Assembly: GCA_002269645.1 (NCBI GenBank)
Contig: NIVC01000090.1
Span: forward strand, 186,001 to 250,000
Direction: 5' to 3'
DNA: 64,000 nt
Source: Macrostomum lignano
Taxonomy: Eukaryota
This document shows, piece after piece, positions 57,295 through 64,000 of this stretch. The notes beneath the pieces are model-generated. The model did not search any database, was not told the DNA's origin, and worked only from the letters and a program-made list of their open reading frames with translations. The translations under genes were made by a program, and so were the position numbers. How positions within the stretch are numbered: the first letter of the stretch is position 1; every line of letters begins with the position of its first letter.

Positions 57295-60050
57295 ACTTTC
57301 TGCTCTCTCCCCTCTGCTCTCTCCCCTCTGCTCTTTCCCCTCTGCTCTCTCTCCCTCTGCTCTTTCCCCTCTGCTCTCTCCCCTCTGCTCTCTCTCCCTC
57401 TGCTCTCTCCCCTCTGCTCTCTCCCCTCTGCTCTCTCCCCTCTGCTCTTTCCCCTCTGCTCTCTCTCCCTCTGCTCTTTCCCCTCTGCTCTCTCCCCTCT
57501 GCTCTCTCTCCCTCTGCTCTCTCTCCTCTGCTCTCTCCCCTCTGCTCTCTCTCCCTCTGCTCTCTCCCCTCTGCTCTCTCCCCTCTGCTCTCTCCCCTCT
57601 GCTCTCTCTCCCTCTGCTCTCTCCCCTCTGCTCTCTCTCCCTCTGCTCTCTCCCCTCTGCTCTCTCCCCTCTGCTCTCTCCCTCTGCTCTCTCTCCCTCT
57701 GCTCTCTCCCTCTGCTCTCTCCCCTCTGCTCTCTCCCCTCTGCTCTCTCTCCCTCTGCTCTCTCCCCTCTGCTCTCTCTCCCTCTGCTCTCTCCCCTCTG
57801 CTCTCTCCCCTCTGCTCTCTCCCCTCTGCTCTCTCCCCTCTGCTCTCTCCCCTCTGCTCTCTCTCCCTCTGCTCTCTCCCCTCTGCTCTCTCCCCTCTGC
57901 TCTCTCCCCTCTGCTCTCTCTCCCTCTGCTCTCTCCCTCTGCTCTCTCTCCCTCTGCTCTCTCTCCCTCTGCTCTCTCCCCTCTGCTCTCTCCCCTCTGC
58001 TCTCTCTCCCTCTGCTCTCTCTCCCTCTGCTCTCTCCCCTCTGCTCTCTCCCCTCTGCTCTCTCCCCTCTGCTCTCTCTCCCTCTGCTCTCTCCCCTCTG
58101 CTCTCTCCCCTCTGCTCTCTCTCCCTCTGCTCTCTCCCTCTGCTCTCTCTCCCTCTGCTCTCTCCCCTCTGCTCTCTCCCCTCTGCTCTCTCTCCCTCTG
58201 CTCTCTCCCCTCTGCTCTCTCCCCTCTGCTCTCTCCCCTCTGCTCTCTCTCCCTCTGCTCTCTCCCCTCTGCTCTCTCCCTCTGCTCTCTCTCCCTCTGC
58301 TCTCTCTCCTCTGCTCTCTCCCTCTGCTCTCTCCCTCTGCTCTCTCTCCCTCTGCTCTCTCCCCTCTGCTCTCTCCCCTCTGCTCTCTCTCCCTCTGCTC
58401 TCTCCCCTCTGCTCTCTCCCCTCTGCTCTCTCCCCTCTGCTCTCTCCCCTCTGCTCTCTCTCCCTCTGCTCTCTCCCCTCTGCTCTCTCCCCTCTGCTCT
58501 CTCTCCCTCTGCTCTCTCTCCCTCTGCTCTCTCCCCTCTGCTCTCTCCCCTCTGCTCTCTCCCCTCTGCTCTCTCTCCCTCTGCTCTCTCCCCTCTGCTC
58601 TCTCCCCTCTGCTCTCTCCCCTCTGCTCTCTCTCCCTCTGCTCTCTCCCCTCTGCTCTCTCCCCTCTGCTCTCTCTCCCTCTGCTCTCTCTCCCTCTGCT
58701 CTCTCCCCTCTGCTCTCTCCCCTCTGCTCTCTCCCCTCTGCTCTCTCTCCCTCTGCTCTCTCCCTCTGCTCTCTCTCCCTCTGCTCTCTCCCCTCTGCTC
58801 TCTCCCCTCTGCTCTCTCCCCTCTGCTCTCTCCCCTCTGCTCTCTCCCCTCTGCTCTCTCCCCTCTGCTCTCTCCCTCTGCTCTCTCCCCTCTGCTCTCT
58901 CCCCTCTGCTCTCTCCCTCTGCTCTCTCCCCTCTGCTCTCTCTCCCTCTGCTCTCTCCCCTCTGCTCTCTCTCCCTCTGCTCTCTCTCCCTCTGCTCTCT
59001 CCCCTCTGCTCTCTCCCCTCTGCTCTCTCTCCCTCTGCTCTCTCTCCCTCTGCTCTCTCCCCTCTGCTCTCTCCCCTCTGCTCTCTCCCCTCTGCTCTCT
59101 CTCCCTCTGCTCTCTCCCCTCTGCTCTCTCCCCTCTGCTCTCTCTCCCTCTGCTCTCTCCCCTCTGCTCTCTCTCCCTCTGCTCTCTCCCCTCTGCTCTC
59201 TCCCCTCTGCTCTCTCCCCTCTGCTCTCTCTCCCTCTGCTCTCTCCCCTCTGCTCTCTCTCCCTCTGCTCTCTCCCCTCTGCTCTCTCCCCTCTGCTCTC
59301 TCCCTCTGCTCTCTCCCCTCTGCTCTCTCCCTCTGCTCTCTCCCCTCTGCTCTCTCTCCCTCTGCTCTCTCCCCTCTGCTCTCTCCCTCTGCTCTCTCTC
59401 CCTCTGCTCTCTCCCCTCTGCTCTCTCCCCTCTGCTCTCTCTCCCTCTGCTCTCTCTCCCTCTGCTCTCTCCCCTCTGCTCTCTCTCCCTCTGCTCTCTC
59501 CCCTCTGCTCTCTCTCCCTCTGCTCTCTCCCCTCTGCTCTCTCCCCTCTGCTCTCTCTCCCTCTGCTCTCTCCCCTCTGCTCTCTCTCCCTCTGCTCTCT
59601 CCCCTCTGCTCTCTCCCCTCTGCTCTCTCTCCCTCTGCTCTCTCCCCTCTGCTCTCTCCCCTCTGCTCTCTCTCCCTCTGCTCTCTCCCTCTGCTCTCTC
59701 CCCTCTGCTCTCTCCCCTCTGCTCTCTCCCCTCTGCTCTCTCTCCCTCTGCTCTCTCCCTCTGCTCTCTCTCCCTCTGCTCTCTCCCCTCTGCTCTCTCC
59801 CCTCTGCTCTCTCCCCTCTGCTCTCTCCCCTCTGCTCTCTCCCCTCTGCTCTCTCCCCTCTGCTCTCTCCCCTCTGCTCTCTCCCCTCTGCTCTCTCTCC
59901 CTCTGCTCTCTCCCCTCTGCTCTCTCCCCTCTGCTCTCTCTCCCTCTGCTCTCTCCCCTCTCTGCTCTCCCCCCTGCTCTCTCTCCCCTCTGCTCTCTCC
60001 CCTCTGCTCTCTTCCCTCTGCTCTCTCTCCATCTCCTCTCTCCCCTCCCA
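57295..60050. repeat. 2.75-kb polypyrimidine minisatellite built from 14-16-bp units (ctctgctctctcccct)
   Basis: Direct inspection; the 900+ aa ORFs on both strands are artefacts of a stop-free repeat. Confidence 0.97.
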
Positions 60051-60441
60051 CTAGATTAATTCAATAATAATACGACTAATATATTAACAGCAACCGGAGT
60101 TCATCTCTAAGGAAAGCGAAGCAACTACGGCGTCCAGGAAAATCGGTTTAAAAGTACACTATGTATTCTATAAAATGAGATAGAAGAACCAATTGAAACT
60201 TGGCCTGCCTGGGAGTAAAAAAAACTAAAAATAAAAAAGCCTCTAGCTCATTTTCCCAATCCAACTAATTTTCTCCAGTGAAATTTGCACGATTTGCGAC
60301 CCTCTACGCTACGAGCGTACGTTCGTAGTTGCACCCATTGTTGATCATACGAACTGACGGCGAATTTCATAAGCTGAGTCAATTTTATAGTCACGTATTG
60401 ACGACAGATACTTAGTATACAGGATATTTCTTCTTGTAATA

Positions 60442-61593
60442 CAAGAGGTGTCCCAAAAGTTCCCGGGATGTCTAACGTAGCTCTTCAACGGAGCCCTGAA
60501 ATTTCACGCCTATGGTGTCAATTAAAAGGAAATTTTGTCACGAAGAAAGCAAAGTTGAAATAATGTTGATATCTTTTTTATTCAGGAGCTGCAGCAAGAA
60601 ACGTGCGCGGAAGGTCAGGGGTAGTGTTACACAACCTTACATATCAATTAAAATAATTTTTCATCTCCAATTTTTGATTTTTCCATTTTTTTATTTTGAA
60701 TTCGTGCTATTGAGAGCTTTTGCGCGAGTGCGGATAATTCGTACCAAGCGCTTGCTTTCAGCTTGAAATTTCTTTGCGAAAATGAGTTCTCTTCAGAGCC
60801 TTCAAAGTCAGCGAAAGTCAAGTTTTTTCCCTTTCGTCAGAAGGATGGAGTGGAGCCAAGATTTCTGACCACTTATTCTCCATCCACGGTGAGAACAGCC
60901 TGAAAAAACTGCCATTTATGGATGGATCGATCGCATTAGAGATGCTGTGAATGATCAGCCACGCTCTGGCCGTCCTTGCACGTCGGGTGGCGAGACATCC
61001 CATCAACGGATCGAGGCCCTGCTGGACTCGGGTGCCCGCTTGACTATTCGAGAGATCTCTGATCAATTGGATATTGCCAAGTCGACTGTCCATCGAATCA
61101 TCGTCAACGATATGGGTCTCTCAAAGATCTCAGCACGCTGGGTTCCCCTCCTCCTCACACCGGAGCTCAGGTCGCATCATCCTGCATGAAATGCCTCGAA
61201 CTGTTTTTGCCAGGCCATCGACGGCATGCTTTCAAGGTGGCAGATGTGTGTCCAGCTGAATGGGGACTACGTGGAGAAGCCGCAGGTTGAGCTTGACGAT
61301 TCGCTTCGAATTTTGAATTGGTGCATTGCATGCCCAAGGATTCATCAACTGTATGAACTGTTCTGTGTTTTATTGTTTAAAATAATTGCCATAGATTTTT
61401 TAGGTTGTGTAACACTACCCCTGACCTTCGCGCGCGTTTCTTGCTGCAGCTCCTGAATAAAGAAAGATGTCAACATTATTTTAACTTTGTTTTCTTCGTG
61501 ACAAAATTTCCTTTCCTTCTATGGTCGTGAAATTTCAGGGCTCCGTTGAAGAGCTGCATTGGACGTTCCGGGAGCTTTTGGGACACCCCCCAA
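60442..61593 (+). mobile_element. Internally deleted, non-autonomous mariner element with about 195-bp TIRs
   Basis: 60442-60637 is the reverse complement of 61402-61593. Remnants DQPRSGRP, RLTIREISDQLDIAKSTVHRII and ISARWVPLLLT are joined directly to the C-terminal RWQMCVQLNGDYVEK; the DD34D core is absent. Confidence 0.9.
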
Positions 61594-61664
61594 ATCAAGC
61601 AGTATAAGCAATATCTGGTATGGCAGTTTTATAAATTAAATAGACTAGCTAATACAGTTCCAAT

Positions 61665-61775
61665 TTCAGACTTCATTCAGATTTCAGACTTCTCAGATTC
61701 CAGACTTCTCAGATTTCAGACTCTGATTTCAGACTTCAGACTTCAGACTTTCGCAGACTTCATTTTAGACTTCAA
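61665..61775. repeat. Short (tt)tcagac tandem repeat
   Basis: About 13 imperfect 7-9-bp copies. Confidence 0.85.
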
Positions 61776-62240
61776 TAAACAATGACATAGCCATCTTCGA
61801 ATGGTACAGCGTTGCATTATAAATTAATTTATTTTTAAACCTCTATTGTCGTTCACGTCTCACTATTTCAAAAATCTGTTACACTACTTCAAAAAAGAAT
61901 GAATGTACAATACAAATGGGACAGTCTAATTGAGTTCTTGAATTTTGTTTTAATGGTACTAGCCCGGTAAAATTATCGATTTATTTAAACCAGCATAATC
62001 GAAAATCGAAAATCGAAAAGCATGCGATGTTACGGATGAATTACAAAACGTAATTTGAAAAATCCTTTCCTATGCGAGGAAAATATGACGACCTAAAATT
62101 ATCTGCGAAAACTCCTAGTGCTAGTGCTACGAGCCTAAACGCTTCAAACAAGCACAAAGGCGAGTGAAAACCATCGGTAAACATCAAAGTTGATTTTTTA
62201 ATAATAGCGAACAACAGTAACTTCACCGCAGTGCCAATTC

Positions 62241-63128
62241 CTAGGCAAGCTGAATCCGTTCTCCTGACACTATTTTCTTGAGATCGTCCAGCCTCCTCCT
62301 GGCGAAGTCGTCCAAGTTGTTGAACCTCTCGAACTCGGACACCGCGGCGTCGACGGCTGCGACGTCGCGAGCGTCGGTAGCCGAAGCCAGCGACCTCACC
62401 AGCGAGAGCTCGTCGGTGTCCTTGAACGATCCGCACAGCACAGCCAGCTGCTCCGCCTTCTCGCCGACTCCCGCAGCTCCTGAGCACAGCAGGCACAGAC
62501 AGCTCTTGGCCAGGTGGTCCTTGGCTCCGAAGCTCAACAGACTGTGCTGCTCAGCCGACACTCCCAGATCCTCAAACACTGCGGCTGCCTCTGTCAGCCT
62601 CCCGCAGTCCGCCGTCAACTCCGCGGCCTTGGCGCGGCTGCCCGCAGCGCTGGCCGGACTGTCCTCGCCGCTCCAGAAGTCCGCCGCTCTCACGTAGGCA
62701 CCGATGGCCTCCTCGACTTGCTGAGATGAAGCCAGCAGGTCTCCAGCCTCCTCCAGCTGTCTGGCAGCGATGCTGAACTGGCCCTGCTCTGCGTACATCT
62801 CGGCCGCTTGCTGCAGGCACCGCACGGCCTTCGGTCTCGTGTCTGGCAGCTTGCGGTAGCAGTTCGCAGCCTCCGAGTAATTGTTGGCCGCATCGAGCTC
62901 GCATCGCCTCTGCTTTGAGAACTGCTCGGCCGCGGCTTCGAATGCCTGCCCAGCTTCGCGCCAGTTTTTAGATATTTTAAGTCTGTTTCCTTTGTCAAGC
63001 AAATGTTCAGATCCTTTGGGCTCTTTGGTGAATGAATAATATAAACCTATGCCAGTTACTGCAGCAACGGACAAAGCCGCCGCCTTTTTAACTTCATGTA
63101 ATTTGTGGTTTCTTAGATTTCCATTGTT
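62241..63128 (-). CDS. Divergent alpha-SNAP (NSF attachment protein) homolog with an intronless coding body; 5' end unresolved
   Basis: KISKNWREAGQAF, DAANNYSEAANCYRK, MYAEQGQFSIAAR, SGEDSPASA, LLSFGAKDHL and terminal GERIQLA align by eye with alpha-SNAP (KMAKNWSAAGNAF, GRFTIAAK, GEESNSSA, LLKYSAKDYF, GDEEDLR). The frame is open upstream to about 63213 with no ATG. Confidence 0.85.
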   Translation of the reverse strand, partial: NNGNLRNHKLHEVKKAAALSVAAVTGIGLYYSFTKEPKGSEHLLDKGNRLKISKNWREAGQAFEAAAEQFSKQRRCELDAANNYSEAANCYRKLPDTRPKAVRCLQQAAEMYAEQGQFSIAARQLEEAGDLLASSQQVEEAIGAYVRAADFWSGEDSPASAAGSRAKAAELTADCGRLTEAAAVFEDLGVSAEQHSLLSFGAKDHLAKSCLCLLCSGAAGVGEKAEQLAVLCGSFKDTDELSLVRSLASATDARDVAAVDAAVSEFERFNNLDDFARRRLDDLKKIVSGERIQLA

Positions 63129-63463
63129 CTGAAGTTCGCGAGTTTGGATTTCCGCGGCAGCTTGGACAATTGAACTGAATTCTAAAATACAAACAAAAAT
63201 CGAGTTGAATTTTTAGCTCCAACCTTATTGTTTCCACCTCCAATCTACGGGTAGGAGCTAGTATATCGTTAGCTAATTTTAATCCTGGATATTAGAATAA
63301 CTAGATATGTCTTTCCCAATTAAAGTAGTAAAAAAGTAAAGCGTCTACTCTTTTTTTAGTAGTTTGACTGCGCAAAGTCACATGAATTAATTGTGGCAGC
63401 TAAAACTTCCTTCCCCTTCTCCGACTTTACGGCCCCAGAAGATATAGCGTTAAGAATAAATTA

Positions 63464-63712
63464 AGACGGACGAAACTCAGTCTAGGGGCAGGCTCAATCT
63501 GGCTCAGCCAATGAGAGAGCAGTAGGGAGAGAGGTTTAAGTCAGACGGACGAAACTCAGCCTAGGAGGACAGGCCCAGTCTGGCTCAGCCAATGAGAGAG
63601 CAGTAAGGAGAGAGATTTGAGTCAGACGGACGAAACTCTGCCTAGGGGGACAGGCCCAGTCTGGCTAAGCCAATGAGAGAGCAGTCAGGAGAGATGTTAA
63701 AGTCAGACACAA
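63464..63712. repeat. Three tandem copies of an about 80-bp unit (agacggacgaaactc...cagccaatgagagagcag)
   Basis: Units start at 63464, 63543 and 63624. Confidence 0.9.
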
Positions 63713-63787
63713 GCGGGCAAGTGGAAAGCCAGACTGTTTATCGGCATGGCTGGGTAGCTCGCAATGAGCTACCCTTGGCTGGGTAGC

Positions 63788-64000
63788 TCGGTCCTCTCTC
63801 ACCTCTCTCCTCGGTCCTCTCTCACCTCTTCTCTCGGTCCTCTCTCACCTCTTTCTCTCGGTCCTCTCTCACCTCTTCTCTCGGTCCTCTCTCACCTCTT
63901 CTCTCGGTCCTCTTTCACCTCTTCTCTCGGTCCTCTCTCACCTCTTTCTCTCGGTCCTCTCTCACCTCTTCTCTCGGTCCTCTCTCACCTCTTCTCTCGG
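63788..64000. repeat. 23-24-bp pyrimidine-rich minisatellite (ctctcggtcctctctcacctctt), running off the window end
   Basis: Direct inspection. Confidence 0.95.

Noticed and set aside
57172-60067. 900+ aa ORFs on both strands
   Set aside because: Pure minisatellite translation with no unique sequence.

Overview
Eukaryotic (animal) genomic DNA with GT-AG introns. No prokaryotic features, CRISPR arrays, rRNA or intact tRNA genes were seen. The minisatellite-filled introns and Q/S/A-rich, CpG-rich exons suggest a free-living flatworm such as Macrostomum; this is inference only. Seven protein genes can be built by hand with phase-checked splice sites. Six are on the + strand: (1) an RRM-like/ankyrin/SOCS-box protein, (2) a two-RRM plus coiled-coil protein, (3) a secreted protein with 24 four-Cys modules and a GIIGxN repeat, (4) an HTATIP2/TIP30 homolog, (5) a 1263-aa low-complexity orphan and (6) a classical calpain. 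The seventh, on the - strand, is an intronless divergent alpha-SNAP with no in-frame ATG. Most introns of genes 1-4 hold their own private tandem repeat. Two AT-rich, CpG-depleted domains (about 1-7.2 kb and 31.4-42.2 kb) are transposon graveyards containing an RTE-like LINE end, a foldback element, MITEs with visible TSDs, and a hAT element that carries a nested CACTA-type element with a DUF4806-like pseudogene. These two domains are also studded with the palindrome TAGGCCTA. tRNA-derived SINEs and an internally deleted mariner lie in the right half. All calls were made by eye, without database searches.
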